From a virus (taxonomy: Duplodnaviria > Caudoviricetes), in the IMG/VR virus record IMGVR_UViG_2595698902_000001, positions 1-64,000 of that record: a stretch of 64,000 nucleotides of DNA. One strand, 5' to 3'. Numbering within the stretch: the stretch's first letter is position 1; each line of letters begins with the position of its first letter. A model generated the notes under the pieces. The model did not search any database, was not told the origin of the DNA, and saw only the letters and a program-made list of their open reading frames with translations. The translations under genes and the position numbers were made by a program. Below are positions 36,846 through 46,482 of the stretch, piece by piece.

Positions 36846-37379
36846 TTAAAGCTTAATCCTGATACGGCCCGGTCGTAACGGTGTAGTCACCTTCGGTTTT
36901 TCTTGACGAATTGCCAGCGACTCGGGGTCGTATGGTTCAACATCAACCGAAGCGAAAGCCGAAATTTGAGGATCGATAAGGAGATATTCCCCATCTTCCA
37001 AATACTGCTTTTGAGTGAAAACAGCAGACGCCATCGCAACGACTTGGCCGAATGCTACTTGATCATTTCCGTGCAGAGACGGGCTGATCGTGTTTTCAGA
37101 AATCGGGGCAGTACCAAATACGGTATTTGTGGGCGGAACAGAATCGATATTATCGACGTAACTATTCAACCCATCTGCACCATCGCCGTCCTTGCCTTCT
37201 GCTACGCAACCTTGCGTTACCGCTTGGGGCATACAGGTGGCAAGAGGCTGCAACGAACTGCTCAGGAGCGAAGGAAATTCACTGCTATTGCAGGCCTGTT
37301 GAAGCACCTGCAACGCAAGTTCATTTCTGCCGTTTTTGCAACACATTGCCGCAAGGAAAAGCAGAGCATTTGTATCCAT
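36846..37379 (-). CDS. hypothetical (probable head) protein
   Basis: ORF after capsid gene, GGAG RBS. Confidence 0.6.
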   Translation of the reverse strand: MDTNALLFLAAMCCKNGRNELALQVLQQACNSSEFPSLLSSSLQPLATCMPQAVTQGCVAEGKDGDGADGLNSYVDNIDSVPPTNTVFGTAPISENTISPSLHGNDQVAFGQVVAMASAVFTQKQYLEDGEYLLIDPQISAFASVDVEPYDPESLAIRQEKPKVTTPLRPGRIRIKL

Positions 37380-37455
37380 GTTTATCTCCCAGTGAATCTA
37401 CACCGTGTAAAGTTTTAAGGGGCGCTCCGAAAAACTCTACACGGCGCGGAGATAA

Positions 37456-38550
37456 TTAACGGACCAGACGCTTGCCTTTAACTACGGAACGGTTGTTCGC
37501 CAGAACGAACGAGAACATTTCCGACAGCATCCAACCTTTGGCGGTCGAACCTTCAAACGCGTAGTCAACCGGAGTCGAACGGATACCGCCGCGAGTGGAG
37601 TACGAAGCGTGGTTTTCTGGCGAAGCAACAACGTAGATTTCGCCGCGATCCAGAACTTTCTGGTTTGGTTGGCGGAAACCGTCGGTCAGCAGGGTCAGAC
37701 CAACCAGAGTACCGAGCTGACCATTCAGGGCCAAGTCGTATTTGGTGATCGGATCGAGCATGGTTGCGAAATCGTTGGAACCGATAATATCGGACCAGAA
37801 TTCGTTGGAGATAATTGCGGTAGTGGCTGGCAGGTTCCAGTCAGTTACAGCAGTACGCAGACGACCGAGGTTTTTGGTGGTCAGTTCGCCAGCGATATAT
37901 TCCAGCGGGTTCATCATGCCAACGGTGGCGTCAGCAGCACGTTTCCACAGGCGGTCTTCTTGAACCATGATGCTTTGCAGAGCATCGTTGTAAGCGTGTT
38001 CCAGCAGGTCGCCGCTCACTTGTTCCATATCGAGAGCGTTCACACGAACGTTCGCGATAATCTCGAATTCGGCAGGCAGGAAAACGCGCTGGCGAATATT
38101 CTGATAACCAACGCCAGCAGGGCCGGTAGCCACAACAGCTTGGGTATCATGCGGAGGCATTGGAACGCGCTGAACTTCACCAGTGCGCAGGGTATTACCT
38201 ACCGACAGTTTACGCAGGAAACCGTCACGGTCGGCCTGTTCGTAAACTTGTTGAGCGATGTTTGCGCCCAGTGCTTCCCAGTTTTCTTTGGAAGCCATTG
38301 CATCGCGCATCAGAGCGGTGCGCTCTTCGCGGCTGGAAGCGGTGGCAACTTGTTGTTCTGGAACAACGGCGCCGCTTTGAACGGCATTCAGCAGGCGGTC
38401 AATTTGCAGCGCCAGATCGCGCTTGTCACTGGCGTTGAATTCGCCGGTAGCGCTGGACAGAGCCAGAGAATCATTTTTACCGTAGCGCAGTTCGGTCAAC
38501 GGCTCGCCGTTAGCCAGAACCATACGAGCACCTTGCATTTTGTTAAACAT
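37456..38550 (-). CDS. major capsid protein (HK97 fold)
   Basis: 364 aa, strong codon bias, follows scaffold/decoration; I..QEDRL, G.LG.L.G..L..D motifs. Confidence 0.8.
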   Translation of the reverse strand: MFNKMQGARMVLANGEPLTELRYGKNDSLALSSATGEFNASDKRDLALQIDRLLNAVQSGAVVPEQQVATASSREERTALMRDAMASKENWEALGANIAQQVYEQADRDGFLRKLSVGNTLRTGEVQRVPMPPHDTQAVVATGPAGVGYQNIRQRVFLPAEFEIIANVRVNALDMEQVSGDLLEHAYNDALQSIMVQEDRLWKRAADATVGMMNPLEYIAGELTTKNLGRLRTAVTDWNLPATTAIISNEFWSDIIGSNDFATMLDPITKYDLALNGQLGTLVGLTLLTDGFRQPNQKVLDRGEIYVVASPENHASYSTRGGIRSTPVDYAFEGSTAKGWMLSEMFSFVLANNRSVVKGKRLVR

Positions 38551-38586
38551 ATGAATTTCTCCAGAAGTTCTTTTTAGTCGTGAAAA

Positions 38587-39330
38587 TTAAGCGTTGGTTA
38601 CTTTCACGACCAGCGGGCCGTAAGAAGCTTGGTCGGCAACAGGCTGTTGCAGAACGACAACGGTAGTCAGTTCGGTGCCCGGACCGGAAGCGGTCAGACG
38701 GCCTTCGGCGCCCAGTTTCGGATGGATAACATCAGCCCAATCGGCAGAAGCATCGTAGAAAGTGGTAGCCAGAGAATCGACGCGAGTAGCGACAGCGATA
38801 CGATCCATTTCCGAGGAACCCAGACCGCCGATTGGCGCGTCACCGCGAACGGTTTTAGCTTCGGAAACAGTTGGTTCGTACATCATTTGAACAAACAGGG
38901 TTTTACCAACGTCGCCCGGAACTGCATCGCCAGCGCCCGGAGCGGTTTCGGGGGTGCCGGTGAAGAAGAACAGTTTGGTGCCGACGCTTTGTACTTTACC
39001 AGCAACCGGAGCACCGGCAGCGATGGTCAGAGTGGTGCCGTCAACTTGCACCAGAATTTGACCGGTAATTGGCAGACGACCAAGATCAACAACGCCGCTT
39101 TCTGGAACGGTAACATCCGAAATGATTTTCGGCAGGAAAGAAGGCGGGGTGTTACGGTTGATCGAGAAACCGGCGAAGATTTCACCAGCTACGCCTTGCG
39201 ACGGACGTACATACGAACGACCATTTACTTTCGACCAAACCAGTGCTTGGCCGTCTTCGCGCAGGTCAAGGCCCGGCTCGATATCGCGGAACTCGGTGTT
39301 GAATACGCGAGTGTATTTATCAACGATCAT
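38587..39330 (-). CDS. head decoration/cement protein
   Basis: Between scaffold and MCP; REDGQALV...FAGFS; start MIVDKY with GGAG RBS. Confidence 0.6.
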   Translation of the reverse strand: MIVDKYTRVFNTEFRDIEPGLDLREDGQALVWSKVNGRSYVRPSQGVAGEIFAGFSINRNTPPSFLPKIISDVTVPESGVVDLGRLPITGQILVQVDGTTLTIAAGAPVAGKVQSVGTKLFFFTGTPETAPGAGDAVPGDVGKTLFVQMMYEPTVSEAKTVRGDAPIGGLGSSEMDRIAVATRVDSLATTFYDASADWADVIHPKLGAEGRLTASGPGTELTTVVVLQQPVADQASYGPLVVKVTNA

Positions 39331-39346
39331 GTGAAATCTCCGATTT

Positions 39347-41251
39347 TTAGAAGAAGCGGTTAGCTTTGAGGCGTTCCGCAAAACTTGGTGCAGCCGATTG
39401 TTCTTGACGTGCAGAAGCAACGGCTACATGTTCAGTTTTTTGCTGCACTGGACGCTCAACCGGACGACCTACGCTCAGCGAGGATGCGGTAGCGACTTGG
39501 CGCGGTTCAATTTCAGTTACAGCGGTTGCGATTTGATTTCGGACTTCCTGATCATATCGCATGATATCGTTGGCTTTTGCCAGAATAGCGCGGTGATACG
39601 CTGGCGAATGTTCAACGAAAGCACGCTGCAACAGTTCGTCACCACCAGAAATGCCCAAGCTTTCGAGAGTCGAGGCCAGTGCAGTGATGATTGGGTTTTC
39701 GATCTTGCGGAAATAACCGTTGTTAATTCCGGTAGCAGCGGTGGCAAGTGCGGCTTCGTAGCTGGATGCCAGTTCGGAAGTATCGCGAGCGCTTGCCTCA
39801 GCGAGAGCGGCGCCTTGCTCAGCAACTTTGGTTGCGATTTGTTCTGCTACAACTTGATCGATTTGCAGAACTGGTTTCAGCTCTTCAAAACGCAGTTGAG
39901 TCAGTGCAGCCTGTACGCCTTGGTCAGCAGCGATTGCGCGGAAAACACGACCAAAGTTTTCGCTAGCGAATTCTTGTGGGTTTTCAGCAGCCGATGCAAT
40001 GGCTTTGGCGAAAGGAATACCGTCATGGAAAGCCATCCAAGTGGCTTCACCTTTGACGTTTCCTACATAATTAACATCAACAGAATTTCCTTTCATTTCG
40101 GAAGCTGCGATGGAAACGTAGGAGGCCTGCACTTCGACTTGTTCGCCTACGGCAACCGAGGATGCAGTGGCGACAACAGCTTTTTTCGCTTTTTTCGCTT
40201 TGCGAACTACGCCGCCTTTACGCGGTTTGCTGTTCGCGAGGCCGAGGGAAAGATCGTCATCGTCTTCTTCCTCTTCCTCTTCATCTTCTTCGTCGTCTTC
40301 TTCCTCTTCGTCCTCGTCCTCTTCCTCTTCTTCGTCGTCCTCAGATTCGTCGTCTTCATCCTCGTCTTCTTCGTCTTCATCATCGAAATCATCCGATGCG
40401 AGAGCGGCGAAATCAGCAGAGGCAGTAGCGCGCTCTTCTGCGCTCATATCCTCTTCTGGATCGAGGGTGCCCATACCGGTAGCAGGGCAGAAAATCGGCG
40501 ATTGTTTGGAAGCGATAATGTGCATTTGCTCACCGTCGTCAGACGCGGTAGTCAGATACACAACTTCCATTTGCTTTTTGCCATTGTCCAGAACAACGGA
40601 CGGAATAGCAGCAGCAACAGCCAGTTGAGGTTGATCGGTTTCGTTGGCAGCTTGCGCCATTTCTGGAATGTAGTTTTCCAGAGTTTCAGCAGGCAGGCCA
40701 CGGAACACGTCGAAATTGACGGGCTGATTCGACAGTACGACATGATCTTCGCACTGCGCAGCAAACACTTCGCAGGCACCGGAAGCCAGAGCGCGGAACG
40801 CTTCGGCAGCGGATTTGCGATCTGTTGCTACAGCAATCAGCATTTCTTTTTTGGGCGATTGGGATTTGTTCTTGCTCAAGTCTTCGGCTTCCATTTTAGG
40901 TAGAGCGGAAGCGCACGCAGGGCACTTATCCAGAAGGTCTTCACTATCTGCGATAACGTGAATGCCGCAACCACTAGAGCAAGCTTGATAAAAGGCGTCG
41001 ATATCGTCCTCAGCGGACGCGACGGCTACCAAATCGTGCTTTTCTTCTTCTGGAACAGCGACCATTTCTTCCCCATTAATGGGGTTGAGCATAGCCATTT
41101 CCGCGTCGGTAGTAGCGAGGGCAAAAGTGCCATCTTTACTTTCCATAACGCGGTAAGTACCAGAAGCAACAGCGCGGAAATGCTCTTGCGCTTGTTCTTG
41201 GTTGTCAGCCATAACGACGATGCCGCGCAGGCGCGAATTTCGTTTAGACAT
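39347..41251 (-). CDS. prohead scaffold/core protein with Cys motifs and long acidic tract
   Basis: CSSGC, CPAC; ~45-residue D/E tract; helical C-terminus; upstream of MCP. Confidence 0.6.
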   Translation of the reverse strand: MSKRNSRLRGIVVMADNQEQAQEHFRAVASGTYRVMESKDGTFALATTDAEMAMLNPINGEEMVAVPEEEKHDLVAVASAEDDIDAFYQACSSGCGIHVIADSEDLLDKCPACASALPKMEAEDLSKNKSQSPKKEMLIAVATDRKSAAEAFRALASGACEVFAAQCEDHVVLSNQPVNFDVFRGLPAETLENYIPEMAQAANETDQPQLAVAAAIPSVVLDNGKKQMEVVYLTTASDDGEQMHIIASKQSPIFCPATGMGTLDPEEDMSAEERATASADFAALASDDFDDEDEEDEDEDDESEDDEEEEEDEDEEEEDDEEDEEEEEEDDDDLSLGLANSKPRKGGVVRKAKKAKKAVVATASSVAVGEQVEVQASYVSIAASEMKGNSVDVNYVGNVKGEATWMAFHDGIPFAKAIASAAENPQEFASENFGRVFRAIAADQGVQAALTQLRFEELKPVLQIDQVVAEQIATKVAEQGAALAEASARDTSELASSYEAALATAATGINNGYFRKIENPIITALASTLESLGISGGDELLQRAFVEHSPAYHRAILAKANDIMRYDQEVRNQIATAVTEIEPRQVATASSLSVGRPVERPVQQKTEHVAVASARQEQSAAPSFAERLKANRFF

Positions 41252-41320
41252 GGTTCACTCCGTTTATAGAGTTGTGGGCTTTCACCTCACATTTAAAAAT
41301 TACAACGGCCAAAAATTCTG

Positions 41321-41683
41321 TCAAATAAGCTTCAACAGTAGACCACGAACCTTTCGACAAATTGCCTGTATACTATTATGGGCAGTGTGCCCTTCATAGT
41401 CGATCACTTCGCCGTTAACGTTTGATTCGCCCGTATAACGCCAATTGATATCGTTATGCGAGAATTCCAAATAAGCCGTACCCATATCTGTTTCCAGATT
41501 AACGCGGGCATGTTTGTGTGGCTCACCTGTTCCTTTGTGGTCGTACTCAATGTTGAATTTAGCCATTCCCTTTCGTAGCTCAGGGATATTGGTTAAATGG
41601 TGTTTTAAGGAACGGGTATCAAACGTTTGCGGCAAATGCAGGTCAGTCAAAGGCGATGCAGCTATTGCAAGATACACCTTCAT
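41321..41683 (-). CDS. hypothetical (possible internal head) protein
   Basis: AAGGAG RBS, TAATTT upstream, N-terminal LAIAAS. Confidence 0.65.
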   Translation of the reverse strand: MKVYLAIAASPLTDLHLPQTFDTRSLKHHLTNIPELRKGMAKFNIEYDHKGTGEPHKHARVNLETDMGTAYLEFSHNDINWRYTGESNVNGEVIDYEGHTAHNSIQAICRKVRGLLLKLI

Positions 41684-41753
41684 ATAACGCTCCTTGACGC
41701 TACAGGTTTAAATTATGGCAAACAGAAATTCGCCCAAATACAAAACGCGGGCC

Positions 41754-41790
41754 AAAAAAAACCCGCACAGGTCGGGGGAACCGGTGCGGG
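41754..41790 (-). terminator. intrinsic terminator
   Basis: CCCGCAC...GTGCGGG stem followed by U8. Confidence 0.75.
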
Positions 41791-41837
41791 CTAAAGGCTG
41801 CGACATGGGGAGTTGAAGCAGAGCCTACGTCAATAGG

Positions 41838-42107
41838 CTACTCTGTTAAATTAGTCACAAAAGCGTAACCAAAAGAATCGTTTGCTTTCAACTCCTGAAT
41901 GGTAAGACGGCCAAAAGTACGGCGTGGATTACAGCACATATAGCAACCGGATACGCCGCAATTAAATGGATTACGTTTATTCCACTTATTAGAGGGCTTA
42001 ATACCGCCAGCCGAATGTGGGTAATGGTTCCAATCAAATACGCGCTTTGAGATAACACGTTTAGAATGGAACCGATTCAACGCCTTTGCTTCTTTATCGT
42101 ATGACAT
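41838..42107 (-). CDS. small basic Cys-cluster protein
   Basis: CGVSGCYMCCNPRR...TIQE. Confidence 0.7.
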   Translation of the reverse strand: MSYDKEAKALNRFHSKRVISKRVFDWNHYPHSAGGIKPSNKWNKRNPFNCGVSGCYMCCNPRRTFGRLTIQELKANDSFGYAFVTNLTE

Positions 42108-42163
42108 TAATCAAACCTACGTGCGATGCCCGCCCCGGTATTGAGACGGGCTATCGTATGTAG

Positions 42164-42382
42164 TTAAATGTCGGGGCGCACGTCATGGCGTTCCTTATTC
42201 ATTTGATTTCCTTGTGATTGATCGAATGGGCCGCGCACCATAACAGCCTGCATATGATCAGCAATGGTTTTACCAAATTCGCTTAATGCTTTGCGCTGTT
42301 CTGGTGACGGTTTACCCATTCGCATCATTAGAGATTGGAGCGCTTTACCGAATTCACCTTTGTTAGATATCGGGTCGCTCAT
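42164..42382 (-). CDS. hypothetical protein
   Basis: ORF in gene run. Confidence 0.55.
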   Translation of the reverse strand: MSDPISNKGEFGKALQSLMMRMGKPSPEQRKALSEFGKTIADHMQAVMVRGPFDQSQGNQMNKERHDVRPDI

Positions 42383-42387
42383 CGTGC

Positions 42388-42570
42388 TTACTCATCGCAG
42401 CCGATATCCTGCGAACCAATCATAAAACCGAGGTCGATTTCGCGAGCAATACCAGCGCCGACGCCGATTTCCTCAGCACCAATTACATTAACTGCAACAA
42501 CGCCCATAGTGGAATTCCTCTGTGCCCAAAGACGAATGTTCTGTTTATTCCGTTCAATTGCATCGTGCAT
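42388..42570 (-). CDS. hypothetical protein
   Basis: Coupled ORF. Confidence 0.45.
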   Translation of the reverse strand: MHDAIERNKQNIRLWAQRNSTMGVVAVNVIGAEEIGVGAGIAREIDLGFMIGSQDIGCDE

Positions 42571-43379
42571 TAACGGATGCTCCGTGGATCAATTACATGA
42601 TCGCCAATTGCAGATACGTAAGACGGATCACCAAAGCCTTGACGATAGCCATCACCGCCGTGACGACCGCCAACGTTTTCCAGCAATGACAATTCAAAGC
42701 CGGTAATATTCTCGCAACGACGATAAGCCAATCGGCCATCCATCAAGCGATAAGTCGGTTTGCCCGGACGCGTATGCGCACACGGACTGCCTTCACCTTT
42801 ACCGGCGCGATGCCCACAAATAGAACAGGTATAAGACGAATAAAGCATACCCATCGAATACGTGTTATAAATGCGTTTCAAAACCTTGTCGCAACGGTCT
42901 GCATCGCGGGTACGATCCAGCGCCGCCAGCATTACCAGTTTATGAATGTTTTTGAATTGAGTGGGGCGCATATACGTCCCGAGAATCAATCCGCGCACCC
43001 ATTCCGGTTTATGCTGGTGTTCAATATACATCGGGCGACCTTCCCACGTTTTGTACGCGAGACGACCGCATTTTTCGTTCCACGCGGTAAACTGTTTCAA
43101 GTCAACAGAATCGCCGTTGGTGTTTGGAATGCGAGTAATCATTGCCGGAACAGGAACTAGAATATAGTCACTAAGACGCGGCGAAAGATTGTGATATTCA
43201 GCTGCACGCGGCAACCAAATTTGCGCTTCCAGAGTTTGAGTTTCACCCGTGCCGGAAACTTCACCGTTTACCGTTACGGAACCATCTTCGTTCGGAGTAA
43301 TTCCGTGCATTTCCGTCGCTTGCAACGGAGTGCCCAGCGTAAACCCTAACGCAAGTTCACCATCATCAGCATCAAACAT
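42570..43379 (-). CDS. prohead maturation protease (HK97/assemblin-like) with Zn-ribbon insert
   Basis: NTNGD, P.YIEH, G.I, YSMG, CSICG...C.H, GFELS, DP; upstream of scaffold/MCP. Confidence 0.6.
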   Translation of the reverse strand: MFDADDGELALGFTLGTPLQATEMHGITPNEDGSVTVNGEVSGTGETQTLEAQIWLPRAAEYHNLSPRLSDYILVPVPAMITRIPNTNGDSVDLKQFTAWNEKCGRLAYKTWEGRPMYIEHQHKPEWVRGLILGTYMRPTQFKNIHKLVMLAALDRTRDADRCDKVLKRIYNTYSMGMLYSSYTCSICGHRAGKGEGSPCAHTRPGKPTYRLMDGRLAYRRCENITGFELSLLENVGGRHGGDGYRQGFGDPSYVSAIGDHVIDPRSIR

Positions 43380-43752
43380 TGGATTTAGAACCCGTGTAGT
43401 GGTCGCGCACCCATTGGCGTGCATCGGATAGCGACTGTTTATTGGGATTCACCAACGACAACAAACCCTCCTCACTTCGCGCCACATGAACTTGCGGATT
43501 TTCTTCGTCAAATTCGTCGTGGTCGTGTGCGAAAGGATCAAATTGTTGGTGATGAATTCTTGCACTCCACATAGCCGTTTGTTGGCTACGGTCGGCGCTT
43601 TCATCGGGCGATTCGATACCGTCCATAGGTTTCGGCGTGGACGCATGAGACTCCAAAGTCGCAATGCGTTTATCCCCGTCACAAACCCACATTTTGGTAC
43701 GCTGCGCCATAGGCAAATGGCGTTCATCAGGATCGCACAAAAACGTCAGCAT
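43372..43752 (-). CDS. hypothetical protein
   Basis: ORF, GGAGG RBS. Confidence 0.65.
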   Translation of the reverse strand: MLTFLCDPDERHLPMAQRTKMWVCDGDKRIATLESHASTPKPMDGIESPDESADRSQQTAMWSARIHHQQFDPFAHDHDEFDEENPQVHVARSEEGLLSLVNPNKQSLSDARQWVRDHYTGSKSNV

Positions 43753-45093
43753 TTAGATACCTCCCTGCATTCCGTTTTGGTGATAGAAATCCCCGTCACA
43801 GCAAAGGAAGAAATCTTGACCCACTTGGCCGATTGTCACGCGCCCGTATCCGTTATCGAAATGGTAGGCGTGATTATCTTCGTACTCGGTGACGCTGGAT
43901 TCATAGCCCATGTTTTTGAACAGGCGCTGCAAACCCCGGAAACCGGCGGGACAATTGAACATCAGGCCATTACCGTGCGGGCGGTAATTGTCGCAATAAC
44001 CGAAATTCAGCAGGTATTGCAGATCGGCAAAACGTGCATCAGAAGCAGTAGCGAAAATGGAATCGCCATGCTCTTTCAAATCAGCAGCCGATTGGTGACG
44101 AAGCAGATCGGCAACTTGATCGATAACCATGCCAATTACATGATCGTCGCTAAGTTCTTCGTTGTCGTCAATCGAATCGAATACGGAAAACGCAACAGCA
44201 ACAATCGGATCGACTTTGGATGATTTCTTGCCATTTTTGGAACCGGCTTTTACGTCGTCGTCATCGTCGTCATAATCACCGAGGTCACGCGACTTAATCG
44301 GCTCCAGCCCATCCGCTTCGCGTTGTGCGTTGATTCTTTTCAGTCTTTCCCTATTGCGCTTTTTCTCTTTCAGGCGGCGCAATTCGGAAACGTCGTCTCG
44401 CAGGTTTTTGCCATGCTTGGAACCAGCCCACATATTGAACATGGTTACGCCCAGCAATACGCCCAGCGGTGCAGCGGCTGCGCTACAGGCCAGAATACCG
44501 GCACCCAAAACCGCGACCGTAGCCATGCCACCTAAAACACGGTGCATTGCGTGCTTAGTGGTAATACTAAGTTCGTCGGGTTTTTGCTCACCAGAAATCA
44601 GCGATTTAATTGCGCCCAGTCCCTTATGGTACATGTGCGGCATACGCTGCGATTGCTTCTGGATCGCGGTGGCGATTTCTGTTTTATTTTTGTTGATATT
44701 GTCGGAGGCTTCGCGCAGATGCGTGTCCTTAACTTCCTGCAACGCGTGCAGGGAGGTCGGGTTGATCACCGCCACGTTCGACTTGTTGAATTCCGAAATA
44801 TCTTTACGGACGGCTGACAGGCGTTTGCGCCGTTCAAAGATATCCTCAGAATCCTTGAACCGCGCAGCACCAGTCTTTTTCTCTGGTGCCATTACCTGTT
44901 TGTTTTCCACATTGTCAGGATCGCCCTTGTGCATCAGGAATCGGTGACTGGAATGCGGATAGAGTTTCAAATAACGTTCGCGGGCGGCGGTAGATAGCTT
45001 GAGGAATTCAGATTTCCCCAAGCGTTTCTGCCATGTTGCCATTTCCTGCACATGGTCAGCATCTTTAAACGCCCATGCTATCGAGATAAACAT
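43753..45093 (-). CDS. probable internal virion protein with hydrophobic hairpin
   Basis: Basic protein; GGMATVAVLGAGILACSAAAAPLGVLLGVTMF segment. Confidence 0.55.
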   Translation of the reverse strand: MFISIAWAFKDADHVQEMATWQKRLGKSEFLKLSTAARERYLKLYPHSSHRFLMHKGDPDNVENKQVMAPEKKTGAARFKDSEDIFERRKRLSAVRKDISEFNKSNVAVINPTSLHALQEVKDTHLREASDNINKNKTEIATAIQKQSQRMPHMYHKGLGAIKSLISGEQKPDELSITTKHAMHRVLGGMATVAVLGAGILACSAAAAPLGVLLGVTMFNMWAGSKHGKNLRDDVSELRRLKEKKRNRERLKRINAQREADGLEPIKSRDLGDYDDDDDDVKAGSKNGKKSSKVDPIVAVAFSVFDSIDDNEELSDDHVIGMVIDQVADLLRHQSAADLKEHGDSIFATASDARFADLQYLLNFGYCDNYRPHGNGLMFNCPAGFRGLQRLFKNMGYESSVTEYEDNHAYHFDNGYGRVTIGQVGQDFFLCCDGDFYHQNGMQGGI

Positions 45094-46165
45094 GGCGTGC
45101 TTCCTGAATAGTTTTCTCTAAGATCGCAATGTCTCTTGCGAGTTCGAGCGACATTTTGCCGTCAAACATTTGCAGCAAAATATCGCGGTGTTGCGCAGCA
45201 GGGCGTAGGAAATTCAGCTGCTGATAACAAGCCATCAGCATGTGGTGGCCCCACGAATCCTGATAGAAATAATCCTCGTAGATCATGTCATAGTCAGGAC
45301 GTTCAACTTCCAGCATTGATTTCACGTAGGCAATGCAGTGTTCGTATTTCTTGTGTTGGAAATAGTACAGTGCAAGGTGGCCGTAGGATTCGCGGATGTT
45401 GTCGCAATGCTGAATTGCGTGGCGATACCACCACTCAGCGGTTTTGAAATCATCGCGATTCATGTAGGCAATTCGGCGGCAGCTTTCAGCGCGGAAAGGC
45501 GCAACCTCTTCGATATCCACATGTGTTTTATACAGCGGCTCAGCCATCTGGTAATTGCCCATACCGAAGTATTCGCGGGCGAGATACTGCACGCAGCGGG
45601 CGTCGTTTGGATTCTCTTCGTATGCCAGTTTCAGCAGGTCGAGATAATGCCCGGCGTCTTTCCGTTCCCCGTAGTGAACACACAGGAAAGAAATTGTCGG
45701 ATGTTTTTCGCTTACGTCGGGAACCAACAGCTCATGAATTGGGTATTGCCATGCCGCACGCTTGGGCCGGTGGATCGCCATGCGTGGGTAGGAACAGAGG
45801 ATATTTCCCTGCGCGTCATGCTCGTAAACAAGCGTGTAATTAGCGGCAGTCATTTCCTCGGTAAATTCGCTTTCGATAGCGGAGCGCCAATGCGACTCGA
45901 AACGCTCGTCGAAATCGAGGGAGACACAAACGTCATAGTCTGCGGGGATCAGCGATGCAGCTTCATTGCGGGCGTGGTCAAAACGGAAAGTTTTTCCGGT
46001 GTGCATCTGGTGAACGGTAACGCCCAGCTCGCGCAAGGCGTTAACCGTGCCGTCTCTGCTACCAGTGTCCAATACAAAAATGCCGTCTGCATCTTTGACG
46101 TTTTCGTACCAGTCAGCAACGTTTTCAACTTCGTTTAGTGCAATAGCATAAACGGCAATTTTCAT
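45065..46165 (-). CDS. GT2 glycosyltransferase with TPR C-terminus
   Basis: IAVYAIALNE, DTGS.DGT, FRFD.ARN, LDFDE, W.YPIHE, P.DAR...YLARE. Confidence 0.9.
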   Translation of the reverse strand: MKIAVYAIALNEVENVADWYENVKDADGIFVLDTGSRDGTVNALRELGVTVHQMHTGKTFRFDHARNEAASLIPADYDVCVSLDFDERFESHWRSAIESEFTEEMTAANYTLVYEHDAQGNILCSYPRMAIHRPKRAAWQYPIHELLVPDVSEKHPTISFLCVHYGERKDAGHYLDLLKLAYEENPNDARCVQYLAREYFGMGNYQMAEPLYKTHVDIEEVAPFRAESCRRIAYMNRDDFKTAEWWYRHAIQHCDNIRESYGHLALYYFQHKKYEHCIAYVKSMLEVERPDYDMIYEDYFYQDSWGHHMLMACYQQLNFLRPAAQHRDILLQMFDGKMSLELARDIAILEKTIQEARHVYLDSMGV

Positions 46166-46482
46166 CAGGCTACTCGCTCAGCTTTCGGGATAGATTCGAG
46201 AATGGTTTTGACCAGTTCCAGCGCACCGTCATCGGAAGGCGGGAACATATGCTTAGGCCATTCAACCGCTGCATAATCATTGGTTTTTACGTCGGCGATA
46301 AACCAGCTTGGGTTTTGAGTCAGGGTCAAAACTGCAAGGCCGTTATGTTCGCCGTAAATCATCAGACTCAGACGCGTAGGCATATCCGCCTTGGCGCCAT
46401 GCTCAACGATTTTTACGTCTAGGTCTGTTCGTAGATGCTTTTGGATATAGGCTACGGTTTGGGACATGGGTTTAGATTCCAT
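46165..46482 (-). CDS. hypothetical protein
   Basis: Start re-assigned to MESKPM. Confidence 0.6.
   Translation of the reverse strand: MESKPMSQTVAYIQKHLRTDLDVKIVEHGAKADMPTRLSLMIYGEHNGLAVLTLTQNPSWFIADVKTNDYAAVEWPKHMFPPSDDGALELVKTILESIPKAERVA

Noticed and set aside
40167-40628. Poly-serine ORF
   Set aside because: Reverse complement of the GAA/GAC/GAG acidic tract in the scaffold gene
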